Below, piece by piece: positions 11,341 through 24,495 of a stretch of 64,000 nt of DNA. The position numbers and the translations under genes are program-made. The stretch spans positions 37,386,001-37,450,000 of the forward strand of contig OX597816.1 in NCBI GenBank assembly GCA_951406725.2, given 5' to 3'. The notes under the pieces were generated by a model. The model did no database searches and was not told where the DNA came from. It was given only the letters and a program-made list of their open reading frames with translations. Position 1 is the first letter of the stretch, and each line of letters starts with the position of its first letter. This DNA comes from Octopus vulgaris. Its lineage: Eukaryota.

Positions 11341-12567
11341 CAACGCTTTGAACCATGAAGAATTATTTGTACCTGATTTTTGCAGAGTTTTGAATCTTTT
11401 TAACACTTTTTTTTTGCAATTGTCTTATAATACAGACATGCCCAAATACATCAATAAATTAACACTGATGTTTTTTCAGATGATTGTTACAATCATCTGA
11501 AATGGAACTGTCAAAGCGCGATATTCGAGTAATTTTGCAATTCAACTTCAAAAAAGGACGTAAAGCAGCTGAAACTGCTCGCGATATCAACGAAACGTTT
11601 GGTGAGGAAATGACCAGTGAGTGGTCAGCTCGAAAATGGTTTAAACGATTTCGTAGTGGAGACCTGAGCCTTGAAGATCGTGAGCGTAATAGACACCTAT
11701 CTGTCATCGATCATGGTCAATTAAAGACCATCATTGAGAAAAATCCACGTAAAACCACTCGAGAACTGGCAAAAGAACTTCAGTTAGCCAGAAAACTGCC
11801 TGCAACTATTTGCATGCGATCGGAAAATCAAAAATTCTCTACAAATGTGTACCACAAGATATAAATGAAAGTCAGAAAATGCGCAGATATGAAATTTGCT
11901 CGTCGCTTCTTCTTCGTAACCAGACTGATCCTTTTCTTGACCGTATTGTAACTTGCGATGAAAAGTGGGTTCTACATAATAATGAAAAACGTTCTTTGCA
12001 ATGATTGGAGCAAAATGAAGCACCGAAAACCTTCCCTAAACCCGAGTTTTTCAAAGAGGTTATGGTGATTCTTTGGTGGTGGAGAGCTGGACTCATTCTT
12101 TATAACTTCTTAAAACCCGGAAAAACCATTACTACAAAAACATATTGCCATGAAATTACCAAAATGAACGGAAACCTGCTTCTCCTCCGCCATAGACTGG
12201 TCAACAGAATGCCAGTCATTCTTCATGACAATGCTTGACCACACGTTTCACTAATAACGCACCATAAGTTGAGAGGACTTGGCTACGAAGTTCTCCACCA
12301 AGCTTATTCCAAAGACCTTTCTCCTATCGACTACCACTTTTTCAAGCACCTTGATGGTTTCTTGCAAGAGGAGTTCAAAAATCAAACCGATGCTGAAAGT
12401 GCGTTCAAAGAGTTCATCAGCACCAGAACTCCAGATGTTTAAGTTACCGGAATAAACAAACTTGTAACTCGTTGACAAAAATGTGATGAATAAAATTTCC
12501 GCATTGTTGAAATATTTTGTGATGAATTTCATGTTTCAAAACGTTGCTTACTTTTTACTCAGACTGA
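11337..12567 (+). mobile_element. Near full-length degenerate mariner (DD34D)
   Basis: KGRKAAETARDINETFG, VTCDEKW, HDNA and SPIDYH motifs; stops and frameshifts; TA flanks; 5' TIR partly deleted. Confidence 0.92.
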
Positions 12568-12659
12568 TACATATAATTCAGTAATATCAATGTACATTCC
12601 TTTGTACCTTACCTATTAACTTTTCTAGTTCATTAGCAACTAGAGATGTATAGATGTAG

Positions 12660-12815
12660 AAAATTGGTTTCAAATTTTGGCTCAAGGCCAGCAATTTCAG
12701 GGGAGGGTGTAAATCTATTAAGTTGATCCTCAGTGCTCGACTGGTACTTATTTTATCGACCATGAAAGAATGAAAGGTAAAGTCGACCTCGGCGGAATTT
12801 GAACTCAGAATGTAA
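12660..12815 (-). mobile_element. SINE family A fragment (Meta-domain-like)
   Basis: GTTCAAATTCCGCCGAGGTCGAC...GTCGATAAAATAAGTACCAG. Confidence 0.75.
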
Positions 12816-12819
12816 AGTC

Positions 12820-13085
12820 CCAAGTATCGTGATCATCTGTAGTTTATGAATTAAGGATGTGCATTCTCTCTCCAAGATTTCAAGTTAAGCCATACCTTGC
12901 TCCAGGCAGGTTGGTATGTATTCTGTTGCTCCAATAATAATGAGCATGAAGCTGAAAGTGTATCTTGGACACTGGATTTGCAAACTCCTTATCAATGATC
13001 TATAGATGTCCTCTTTCTCTTGTATTCTTCTAACCAAAGGGCAGCTGATTTCCACAACAGAACATGTATTTTCTTTGTGGTCCTA
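12820..13085 (-). mobile_element. R4/Dong-like LINE C-terminal remnant
   Basis: Diverged similarity to 13646-13930. Confidence 0.45.
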
Positions 13086-13132
13086 CACAACAATATGTAT
13101 GTATGTATGCATGCATGTATATATGTATATAT

Positions 13133-13243
13133 GTCATTATTCATTTTAGTTCAAGATTTCTTGCCAATAGAGAAAGAACCGCTTTCTACCCTCGATCCAA
13201 GGCTCCTTCATTGGAATTTCAACATCATCAACAGGGTGTTTTT
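13133..13243. repeat. Short interspersed element embedded in (TATG)n
   Basis: About 110 bp, homologous to 45107-45220; both copies are flanked on both sides by (TATG)n. Confidence 0.7.
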
Positions 13244-13308
13244 GTATGTATGTATGTATGTATGTATGTATTTATCTATGTATGTATGCATGTATGTATG
13301 TATGTATG

Positions 13309-13340
<32 letters not shown>

Positions 13341-13428
13341 ATTTCATGCATGTATGTAGGTACGTATACATGTATGTATGTATGTATGTATGTATGTATG
13401 TATGTATGTATGCATGTATGTATGTATG

Positions 13429-13462
<34 letters not shown>

Positions 13463-13645
13463 TGTATGTATGTATGTATGTATGATTTCATGCATGTATG
13501 TAGGTACGTATACATGTATGTATGTATGTATGTATGTATGTATTATGTATGTACGTATGTATTTATGTATGTATGTGCAAATTTGTATATTTTATGTATG
13601 TATTCTCATACAGTTGCATGTCTATACATGCTCATATATATATAT

Positions 13646-14330
13646 TTAAATGATAAACTTCTGGAAAGCTTTACATATTTTTACAGTTCCAGTGGTGGAT
13701 TGGATCTGTAGTCTTCGAATTAGCTTTCTCCTTTCTGGTTTTGAGAAGCCTAATTTCTCAAGATTCGTATCTAGGCAGTGTGTTACATATTCCAGGACCC
13801 TAATAATTACAAGCATAAACTTGAACTTGTAATCTGGGTAGAGTAACAGCAGATTTCTCAGTTCAGCATAGGTGTTCTCTTTTTCACTGATCTTCAACTT
13901 TGTTAACATCGGCTGGGCAGCTAATTTCCACAACCATGCACAGTTATCAGATCTGCTGTGCTTACATTTTATTGAGGTCTTCACTGTTACGTTCCACCAG
14001 TATTCCTTTTTATTATGAGTGGCTATAGCTTCTACCATATTGTAGGTTCTTATTTCTTTGTCGTCGGGATTATCTTTCCGAGGGATTTCATTATAGAGTG
14101 TCCTAGTTACAACGTCATGTCTCATCGGTAGATAATACTGGAATAACATTTTAGGACAACTACTTATGATGTAGGTGATATCTTCAGTGTGAACTCCATA
14201 AAGTCTGCACTGTTGTCACACTTTATGACTTTACCGGAATCTCTATCCCTTTTGTGCTTCAGATACTTGGTTGATATTTCCTGTTTCTGGATTGGAAACG
14301 CATACTAATCAAAGGGGAGACTAATCCACA
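13646..14330 (-). mobile_element. R4/Dong-like non-LTR retrotransposon 3' fragment (CCHC and restriction-like endonuclease region)
   Basis: QEISTKY...CRLYGVHTEDITYIISSCPKM...YYLPMRHDVV...EKENTYAEL. Confidence 0.75.
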
Positions 14331-14876
14331 TCCTCAAAATATCATAACTTCACTGAAATAACTGGCCAGTCGACGGTGTGTATACTTTAAGTATACATTC
14401 GTCCCAGCAGCGATCAACGAGGACTCGAAATGTGTTTCAATCTTTTAGGGCCTTTTCAACGGTGCGAATGGACAGCGAGCTACAGGCTCGGGAGAGAATT
14501 CGTCATCTGTGATATAGGAAAGAATTAATAAAACATTCACTGATGTTGGGAACAGCCGCCCAACAGAATAAAAATTCGGTATACGCAACTTAGGCAGTAT
14601 TCAAATAGCCATATATGTATCATATTTAATATATAGTCACAGTCGACGGTCCACTTACTGAGATATTTGTTCTGAGATAAAGTCGCTTGTGGACGTAATA
14701 CATAACACAGGGAGATGAAAGTTTGTCCCACTTGCGGACAGCGAGAGCACCAGATGGATTTCGGCTTCTGGGGGCTCCTCCAAATATATGGCTGGCTGAG
14801 AGTATGCGCCATTGGAAACGCTAAAAAAAGGTTGAAGTGCATATAGCGTCCTCCCTGGTCATTGCTGGGACAAGTT

Positions 14877-14886
14877 TCTCTCTCTC

Positions 14887-14958
<72 letters not shown>

Positions 14959-15120
14959 TTATTGTGCTTTTAACACAGTACATATATGTGTGTGTGTGTA
15001 CATGTGTGCATTTATATGTATATATGTATGTATATGTATGTGTATATATATATATATATATATATGTGTATATATATATATATGTATGTATATATATATG
15101 TGTGTGTGTATATATGTATG

Positions 15121-15156
<36 letters not shown>

Positions 15157-15269
15157 TAGATAGATATATACACATACTTATATATACATATATATATATA
15201 AATATATATAGATATATACACATACTTATATATATATATATATATATATATAGATAGATAGAGATATAT

Positions 15270-15346
<77 letters not shown>
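14877..15346. repeat. (CT)n plus (TA)n/(TG)n microsatellite
   Basis: Directly visible. Confidence 0.95.
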
Positions 15347-15347
<1 letters not shown>

Positions 15348-15919
15348 TGTATTTAAACAATACTCTGAGCTGGAACAGCTGTTTTCAAATAAATGAGGCG
15401 TTGGGAAGTTATTAATTAATGTATTCTTAAATATAATCCAGAAATTTTTTGCTTGTTTGTTTTACATAAATTCTGCAATTCAATTTTTCACGAAAGTGAC
15501 ATGTTAAACATTCATTTTTATTTTAGAATTAATTAGTGCTTGAAGCAGAAATTAATTTTTGAGAAAAAAAAATTGTAATAAAATTAATTGATGACATTTG
15601 TTATACCGCGAATTGTTTAAAACGTTCGCTAAATCATTTACAAGACTATCAATTGAAAACATTTTTAATACATTGAATATAAAACATCTCTAATAAAATG
15701 AGTTGGAAAATATTTCCACAATAATTTTAAATATGCACACGTCATAATTATTAATATGAAAATCAGAAAAGTCTGACTCAAGTGTTCTGTGTAGTATACA
15801 AAACTGCATGGAGATTTACACAACTACTATTTAGGAGAGCAGTGGGTTTAACGATGTGAGTATATAGAAAATTTGGGGGAATTATAATAAATGCATTAAT
15901 GTGCTTACCTTACAGTAAG

Positions 15920-16136
15920 TATTTTTTTCTGCTACGGACACAAAGCCTAACATTTTGAGGAAGAAGGCCAGTCGATCACATCGATCCCAGTGTTCAACTA
16001 GTACTTATTTTTATCGACCTCTGGAAGATTAAGGACGAAAAACACGACTTCGGCAGAATTTGAACTTAGAACGTCAAGAGTCGGAAGAAACGTTGCCAGG
16101 CAATTTATCCAATGAGCTGACGATTCTGCTTGGTCG
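15920..16136 (-). mobile_element. Older SINE family A copy
   Basis: Diverged homology to 17968-18200. Confidence 0.7.
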
Positions 16137-16154
16137 CATACTGAAAACATTAAT

Positions 16155-16544
16155 TTTTACTACCCACAAGGGGCTAAACACAAAGAGGACAAACAAGGAC
16201 AGACATAGGTATTAAGTCGATTACATCGACCCCAGTGCGTAACTGGTACTTAATTTACGGACCCCGAAAGGATGTACGGCAAAGTCGACCTCGGCGGAAT
16301 TTGAACTCAGAACGTAACGGCAGACGAAATACGTATTTCTTTATTACCCACAAGGGGCTAAACATAGAGGAGACAAACAAGGACAGACATAGGTATTAAG
16401 TTGATTACATCGACCCCAGTGCGTAACTGGTACTTAATTTACGGACCCCGAAAGGATGAAAGGCAAAGTTGACCTCGGCGGAAATTTGAACTCAGAACGT
16501 AACGGCAGACGAAATACGGCTACGAGTTTCGCCCGGCGTGCTAA
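16155..16544 (-). mobile_element. Tandem dimer of SINE family A with an 18-bp TSD
   Basis: Two units of about 185 bp; CATACTGAAAACATTAAT at 16137-16154 and 16545-16562. Confidence 0.9.
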
Positions 16545-17108
16545 CATACTGAAAACATTAATAATCATTATAACATAAAAATTAGTGTAATTTATATTGG
16601 GAATATTATTGCAAACATTAACGTAAATATGATATAGTCATTGAAACATTGTTGTATTTAGCAATTGAATTATGGAAGAGATATTTTAGCCTTTCAAGAA
16701 CAGACTTAACTGTTACATTCATTTAATGTTCATTTCTTAAGGTGTCAAAATTTTGCCACACATCTGCGACCTGATCATTGACACAAATACATTGCAAGTG
16801 TTGAAAATTATTTACTTGTGAATATTTGTAACCCTCGAGAGGTTTCATCACTTTCTCTCGTTTTTACATTGAACTTTTGAACATACGAGTCTCCTGCATA
16901 ATTGTAGGTTGATAATCTGACATGAAACGCCGTTAGTCACTTTAACTTTCAATTGCTCGGTTTATAAGGTTATTTGTACATTTCAATGCCATTAATCTTC
17001 CCATTGTCTTCATTCTTTCGTTAAAGTGGTTGGTGTGGAATGTATAGAGACGTTGTTGAATACAAACATACATACATACATACATAATATATATATATAT
17101 ACATATAC

Positions 17109-17139
<31 letters not shown>

Positions 17140-17140
17140 C

Positions 17141-17271
<131 letters not shown>

Positions 17272-17431
17272 TATCTACTTATAGGACAAATCTATTAAAT
17301 TTTGATTCTTGCTAACGTGATATTTTTTTTTACTCTATGATAAAACAATACCAATAATAATTTAGAGATATGGATAAAATCCCACATCAATTTAATAACC
17401 CCGATCATATATATATATGTTTGTGAGTATG

Positions 17432-17462
<31 letters not shown>

Positions 17463-17483
17463 GTCTGTATGTATGTATGTATG

Positions 17484-17514
<31 letters not shown>

Positions 17515-17619
17515 GTGTGTATGTATGTATGTATGTATGTATGTATGTATTATGTATGTATGTATTATGTATGTATGTATGTATGTATGTATGTATGTAT
17601 GTATGTATGTATGTATGTA

Positions 17620-17870
17620 GTAAAGGCACGTGACCAAGAGGCTAGAACGTTTCATTCACGATGCGTTGTGCTCTTGCGTAAAACACTTCATTTCACGTTG
17701 CTCTGCAACCAATTCAACACCTGACACACCGGGCTCCTGTACAAGAAATATTGATTAGATGGAGAGGGCGAACTAATGTACAGTCCAAACATTTGACCAC
17801 TTTAAATAAATCAATTGTGCAAGTTCTTCAGTATGACATTGTGGAACCCTTATTTGTCGTTTACGGCAAA
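17620..17870 (+). mobile_element. Degenerate CORE-like SINE
   Basis: TTGTGCTCTTGCGTAAAACACTTCATTTCACGTTGCTC is shared with 18363-18626. Confidence 0.55.
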
Positions 17871-17967
17871 AAGATCCACAACCACAAAATATGTATATAC
17901 ATACAAAATATTTTTGTGTATAAAACAGGCCTAAGTAGAGAGAAATATATTCACAATCTTAAGTATG

Positions 17968-18200
17968 TCTTTCTTTACTACCCACAAGGGGCTAAACACA
18001 GAGAGGACAAACAATGACAGACAAACAGATTAAATCGATTGTATCGACCCCAGTACGTAACTGGTACTTATTTAATCGACCCCAAAAGGATGAAAGGCAA
18101 AGTCGACCTCGGCGGAATTTGAACTCAGAACGTAGCGGCAGACGAAATACCGATAAGCATTTCGCCCGGCGTGCTAACGATTCTACCAGCTCGCCGCCTT
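17968..18200 (-). mobile_element. Full-length SINE family A
   Basis: tRNA-like head GGCGGCGAGCTGG...GAGTTCAAATTCC; GCCTTTCATCCTTT..GGGGTCGAT core resembling the MetaSINE domain; flanking repeat CTTAAGTATG. Confidence 0.9.
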
Positions 18201-18362
18201 AAGTATGGTGTGTTGAAGTTATCTTCTTCAGACAAAAACCGTGCTCTTCCATGCAAAATGATTTAATTACTTACCTTAGTACTGTAACATAAATATGTGA
18301 ACCATCATATTGTGCAAGTTAGTAGAAAACAGAAGTAAGACTCTTTTCGTTAGAGTTGTAGT

Positions 18363-18626
18363 CAAAAAAATCAAAACTTGCGCCCTTTTAAAGCCTAGCC
18401 AGGCTCTTGGGCCTGGATTTCCGGTTTCAATGGCGTATGTGTTCCCCAGCTGGACGGTACGCCAGTCCATCGCAGCGTTACTCATTTTTGCCAGCTGAGT
18501 GGACTGGAACAACGTGAAATGAAGTGTTTTGCTCAAGAACACAACTCGTCGTCTGGTCCTGGAATCGAAACCACAATCTTACGATCATGATGCTGACACC
18601 CTAACCACTAAGCCACACGCCTCCAC
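18363..18626 (-). mobile_element. tRNA-derived CORE-like SINE with a 13-bp TSD
   Basis: A box TGGCTTAGTGG, B box GGTTTCGATTCC; TTAGAGTTGTAGT at 18350-18362 and 18627-18639. Confidence 0.85.
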
Positions 18627-18999
18627 TTAGAGTTGTAGTGCCGTTGAATAATTCGTTTGTCTCCGAGGAGCTTTTCGTAAGTATCAACGTTTGTACATGA
18701 ACTTTCTTGGTACTTTATATAGTACTCTCTATATCTTAGTTTGCAATTGACACATGGGTTTGTGTGACGAATTTAGCAATCCATTCTTTATAATTGTATT
18801 TGTTAAATGTGCAGGGTCTGCAGATGATCAAACTGACAGATCTTTTTTTTTTTTTCTATGGCCTTAACAATGAGATTAGTTTCTTCTAAAAGGATTTACT
18901 ATTGAACATAATATCACCAAACATTACATGATCAAACTTATTGATATCATACCGCCTTCTGGCCTTAACTATTTCACTACCTTCTTTAACTAGCCTGTT

Positions 19000-20900
19000 C
19001 TAAAACTATATTGATGGTATTTTCCATCTCCATTAATTTTTAGAATACTTTTAAATATTTTTTCTACTTCTTTATCCACTCTGTGTCATTTTGTGTATAC
19101 CCAAATAATTGCATTAGTATGATAAATTACTCTGCTTTTGCTGTTCTTGACGTTGGTACATTTGTGACACATTTGTCATTGTTTATTACACCATCGACAA
19201 TTTGTATGTTCAATTTAGCACATTTTCAACACAGTAGCTTTCCTGGTTACTTGCCATGAATATTCTAAAATCTGAGTGAAGCGTGCACATCTTTAGTGTT
19301 CAGTTGATAGCCACATTCTCTAGCTATAGCTCTGAGCTCAGTAAACTCCCATTAGTATGTCTAGAGGCCCAATCTTGTTTACTTTTATACTACCGCAGAT
19401 GGAATTTACTGTGTGTAGAGTACTACACACACAGCGAATTCTTCATCCACTTGGTCCGAAGAAGGAATAAATAATTTTATTAACCAATTTTATTAACCAA
19501 GTTAATGTCATCAGTCAACCAAGAGCACAATGCTCTTAATTATTCTTCAAAATAGCTAATGTGTGTTTTATTTACTTTGCCCACCAAACCATAAACATGT
19601 TGGCAGTGTTTCCAGCAATTCCAGCTGAGATCGCACAGGTTTTCCTTTCAATATAAAGCAGGCTGTCAAATTTTTATGTGTTTGTTTCCTTATTAAAGTG
19701 GTCTTAAGGTATCAAACTACAAGTGAAACCTTGGCCTTTATCTGCAAGATAATAAGGTGGTTTAGTCCAACAAAACCAGTGTTTACTGAGGCTCCTTAAG
19801 AAGTGATAGTAGGGATGTTCCAAGTCTCTATCAAGGAGAACCGGGTTTGTCCAAACTCTGTCTGAACAAGATTGCTCACTATATGTCAGAACTGAAAACA
19901 GAGCCAGTACATTAATATCGACATAATAAAATACCAGTTTACTCTCACCAGTCAATTTCACATACATCTCAGCGGCAAAGTGTACCTCAGTGGATGGATA
20001 TGGTAATATTACATCTATACTGCATATAATGAAGTTTGTGAGGTCAAACTTACAGTTGCACTCATCAATCCTGCTGGATAGGTCTTCAGTATTTGATAAA
20101 TCTGCTGGTACTTCTCTAATGGGCGTGCGATTTGTGACAAAAAAGGAGTATATTGTGTTGCTGATAATGTTGTAAATACAACGGGCAGGATGGAGGGGTA
20201 GTCCAACATCATGGTGTGTGTCGGTTATATGGTCTCGCTAATGCGAATTGCACTTCCTGGTAGTTTCAGCGTAAGGTGGTGTGCCGATCTTTTTGATATA
20301 AGACAAGCTGGTGGGGAAAATTCTTTTCGTGTCAAGAGATTTATATCCCTTGTCTTAAATACTTGGAGAGGTGGAGTAAATACCATACTTTTGCTAGGAA
20401 TATTACTGTTTTGGTATTTTCAATCATAATATTATTTCTATCTCACCTTAGTAAAAATATTTTGTGTCTGATAAGCTAGTTATGTTCCTGACAGTATATA
20501 TATATATATAGCGAAATTTGGAGGAAAGTTTAGAACTAATTTTGTCTTTACCCAGTGGTATTTCTCAGAACCCTCATCCAGTCTTAAAATTTGTTTTTAT
20601 GCATCCAATTTTTCCCAGAAATTCTATTTTTTGTTTGAAGTTGTTCTTTGGGTGAGGAAGCTTTACAATTGCTTCTTCATACAGATTTACTATTTTTCGA
20701 AAGTGCTGACATCTTCTGGAGAAGAAAGAGTATTGCTATTGAACAATTTGTTGAAGGCTTTTCATGTCATGCTCAGCACGTCTTTCATTTTACTTTCCTG
20801 ATAGCCTCTCATTTTGATTTATCTCCAATGCTTACTTCATTGTATAGAATGGATAACAGGTTAATAAAGTGCGTTTTAGTTTGAAAGCCAGTGTTTTTTT
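19000..20900 (-). mobile_element. Highly degenerate Penelope-like RT remnant
   Basis: Minus-strand motifs in order: YVDINVLALFSV (RT motif 3-like), KFDSLLYIERKTCAISAGIAGNTANMFMVWW (motif 4-like), TDDIN (motif 5-like); boundaries approximate. Confidence 0.6.
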
Positions 20901-21099
20901 TCCTTTCACTTCAAGTCCAATATTGTTGACTGTCATGTAAATTTTATTAGCCTTAATCTCATCTGAGATGCAGTATTTTCCAAAATGAATTTTGTTTGCA
21001 AAGTTCTTCTATAAAGTGTAACAATGTCCCCAAAAAACTATGCTAGACCGTCAAATAAACCCCCAACATTTTTTCACCAATTGAAAATATAAATGATAT

Positions 21100-23480
21100 A
21101 CCCATACCTAGAAACAAGAGAAAAAAACATGCCTAACCAAACACCACAACCAAAATACAAAGCTCCCCAGAGAAATGATGTTAATATTAGAAGAAATAAT
21201 ATACAAAAAAGAATTTATTTTTTATGGTCAGGACAGCAAATACCGGAGAAAGAAAAGGCCAAGAAGAAACAACTGTGAAACAACTGATAGGATAGAGCCT
21301 AAAGTTATTAAAGAAATATAGACAGTGACGAACTTCGGTTATTGATGAAAGGGCTAGAATTCACACTTACACCTACAGTCAACCATCAGGGATTGGAGGA
21401 AGATACCCAAAACTTTTGTTGGAAACTACGACCTGTGGAGTTTTTTACTGATAAAAATAATTAGAATGATGAATCCTAGGCGTAAAATAAACCAAAGTTT
21501 AGCCCGCCAAGAGGTCGTCGAAATACACATCTAGATCAGCAACGTCAGACCAAACATTTCAAAACTAGAAAAGTCTGCCCTTATACGTCTTAAAAATGGT
21601 TAAGACAATTGTTATCAAACAAGCGGATAAAGGGGGTGCCATTGCTATAATGGATACGGAATATTATTGAGATCTAGTAGAAGATCATTTGAAGGATACA
21701 ACGTTCTACCATGAAATACCCTCAAATATTGACCACCGCATCATGAAGAGACTCAATTATCTAGTCTCAAAACATTATAACTCCCTCACTTCTAATGAAA
21801 GGGAGTATATTACCAATTTTGAGTTGAAATCAAGCAACTTTTATTGCTTACCTAAAATACATTAGTCAAAAGAAATACAAAACGCTATAAAGGAACAAGG
21901 TAGTGGAGCTCATAAACTACAACAACCACAAGACTTTAAACTAGACCCATTATAGCTGATCCAGCCTGTCCTACACATCGTCTGAGCAACCTCATTGACA
22001 TTATCCTAAAACCACTATGTAGTTACATGCCCAGTTTCATTCGAAATGACATCGATTTCCTGTCACATCTGCCCAAAACAACAGAATCCAATTCACTGTT
22101 AGTTTTGATGTAACAAACTTACATACGAACGTTCCACACGATTTGGGAATTACCGCCATAAAATAGTGGGTCGAGAAACACAGAGAAGCGATCCCCAGTA
22201 GATTTACTGCAACCTTTATAGTAGACACGGTCAGCCTCATCCTCAAAAACATTACATTCCTTTTCAACGGAAAAAAAAACTACCTCGAAATTCGAGGCAC
22301 AGCTATGGAAACGCGATTTGCTCCAGTTTTCGCGAACTCAGTATTGGGATACTTGAAACAAAACTTATTTAGACAAAATTGAAGAGAACTACGGCATGAC
22401 CTTTAGAAGGCATATAGAGGACACATGGAAAAGATACCTCGATGATTGTTTCCTAATTTGGACCAAATCACTTGAAAATCTGGAAGAATTCAGCACCCTC
22501 CTCAACAATCTACACCATACTTTCAAATTCACAAGAGAAATGAGCAACACACAATTACCATTTCTTGACATAATGGTGATTAAACACAATACCACAATCA
22601 TAACTGATATTTATTCAAAAAGCACAGGTATACACCAGTGCCTATATTTCAAATCGTGCCACCCAATACACACAAAACGCAACATCCCGTACTGTCTAGC
22701 CAGGAAAATTTATACTATAGTATTTGATCCAAATACCAGGAACATGCAACTTATAGAACTCAAAAGATTTCTTCTCAAGCAAAACTACCTGTCTTACTTA
22801 TAGAAAATACGACGAGCAAAAGAGACACTTATAGAACAAATTAGGGCAACAAGAGAAAGATGAACCCATCAACGGAACACAATACCATTTCTAGTAACAC
22901 ACAATCCACATCATTAAAGCATTTTAACATCATCAGAACAAATTTGCCAATCATAAAACTAAGTGAAAAATTTAAAAAAAACATAACTAATCAAGCATTT
23001 ATCTTAAGTAAAAGGCAACCACATAACCTAAAGAAACTATTAACAAAGGCAAAATTCAACATGAACAAATAGGATAAAACATTCACAGCATCGAAGTGTA
23101 ATGATAACTGATGTGGAACGTGTCAATACATGCATACTGGTAGATCCATTAGGACAAAAAAAAGGACAGATTTTCGCAAATGCAGATATGAACTGCAAAA
23201 GTAGAAATTTGATCTACAGCAGTAAATGACCGAATTGCTAGGAACTATATGTTGGCGAGACGGGGAATGTATTATCGGAATGCTCACGAGTCCACAGACA
23301 ACAAATCCGAAACACTAATATTCGCCAAATTCCATTGAACGAATATATAGAAACATGTGGTCAGAAAATGTTTCCAATTTTCCTTTCCACAAACTACATG
23401 ACACAAGTGAGGTTGGAAGAATGATAAAAGAAAAACGGTTTATTAAAATTTCAAACCTGTTCTGAACGGAAATAACAATA
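21100..23480 (+). mobile_element. Degenerate near full-length PLE (Neptune-like: RT, Cys-rich linker, GIY-YIG)
   Basis: QADKGGAI, FYCLPKIH, SFDVTNLHTNVP, GTAM, YLDDCFLIW, PFLDI, SCHP, SKC...CGTC, LIY...YVGETG motifs with many stops. Confidence 0.88.
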
Positions 23481-24284
23481 ATATAACAATAAGTTAATGA
23501 TATGGATTAAAAAAATATCTTTAACATATGAATATAAACAAATCACAGAAGACTCCTACCAACTGAAATAAAAACAGTAGAAACAAACTTTGTTTACTCA
23601 TAACACGAATTACATGTAAACCACATGTATTTTAATTTTTTAACTTTTTTTTACAAAAAGATGTTCCCCGCCCACATTATTTCGAAGGGGAGAGAATCCC
23701 CGTCAAAATGGAGAAGTTCCAACTTATTTGGTCTTCCTGACCCGAAACTTTGTTTTCCGAAAATCCCCTCCACATCCCCTCGGAAAAATTTCCCCCACAA
23801 TTTTTTTTTATAATCGTAATCTATGCTGTTTGAAAATGTATTTGTACAAAATTTCATTAAAAGATATCCATTTTCCTGAAAGTTATGAGGGAAAAAAATT
23901 GGATCATAGGAATTTTCCGAAACTTTTTTTTCAATGTTTAATTTCGCTTGCAATAACCGATTCTTTTAGTCAAACTATCGTATCTCCAGTTGCTTCAGAC
24001 GCCAAGTTATGAAAATTGTGAAAGTGTAGTACAATGGTTTAGCATTTTTCAAAAGTCCCACATAAGACAGTTTTTCAAAAATATTTCTAACTGAAAATAT
24101 CATATATGCATGGAGTTACGATTTTATGCACCCAATAAAATATTGTTCTTAATCTGAAACTGTTGATAATGTAAAAAGAAATGTAATGGTGAAACTATTT
24201 TTTCGTTTCCTGAAAAAGCAACGTTTTGGACTTACGACACTTTTGCATAGTAGTAACGATATTAAAAAATATTATACATATATA

Positions 24285-24495
24285 TGTAGTTAATCCAAAC
24301 ATGAAAACACAAAGAGAAAACACAACAACGCGAGGACGTGGAACAAATATAGTATTATTAGACGCTCAGGAAGGAAGGAAACAAGGAGGGTTTTACGTTT
24401 CGAGCGGAGCTCTTCGTCGGAAACATAGGAAAAGGAAAGATCCAGAGAAGGGAAGACGAGGAAAAAAAATCGCCAACGGTACACACGCGGTCACA
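24285..24495 (-). mobile_element. Short PLE-type terminal-repeat element
   Basis: Sits between TA-rich flanks and carries a minimal HHR; architecture resembles 60086-60640. Confidence 0.55.
24390..24424 (-). ncRNA. Minimal type I HHR (U4C, loopless palindromic stem III)
   Basis: GTTT-CCGACGA-A-GAGC-TCC-GCTC-GAAA-C-GTA-AAAC. Confidence 0.7.

Noticed and set aside
16885-16940. TGTAGGTT...AATCTGACAT-GAAAC-GCC-GTT-AGTC hammerhead-like motif
   Set aside because: The core box is too degenerate to support a call.
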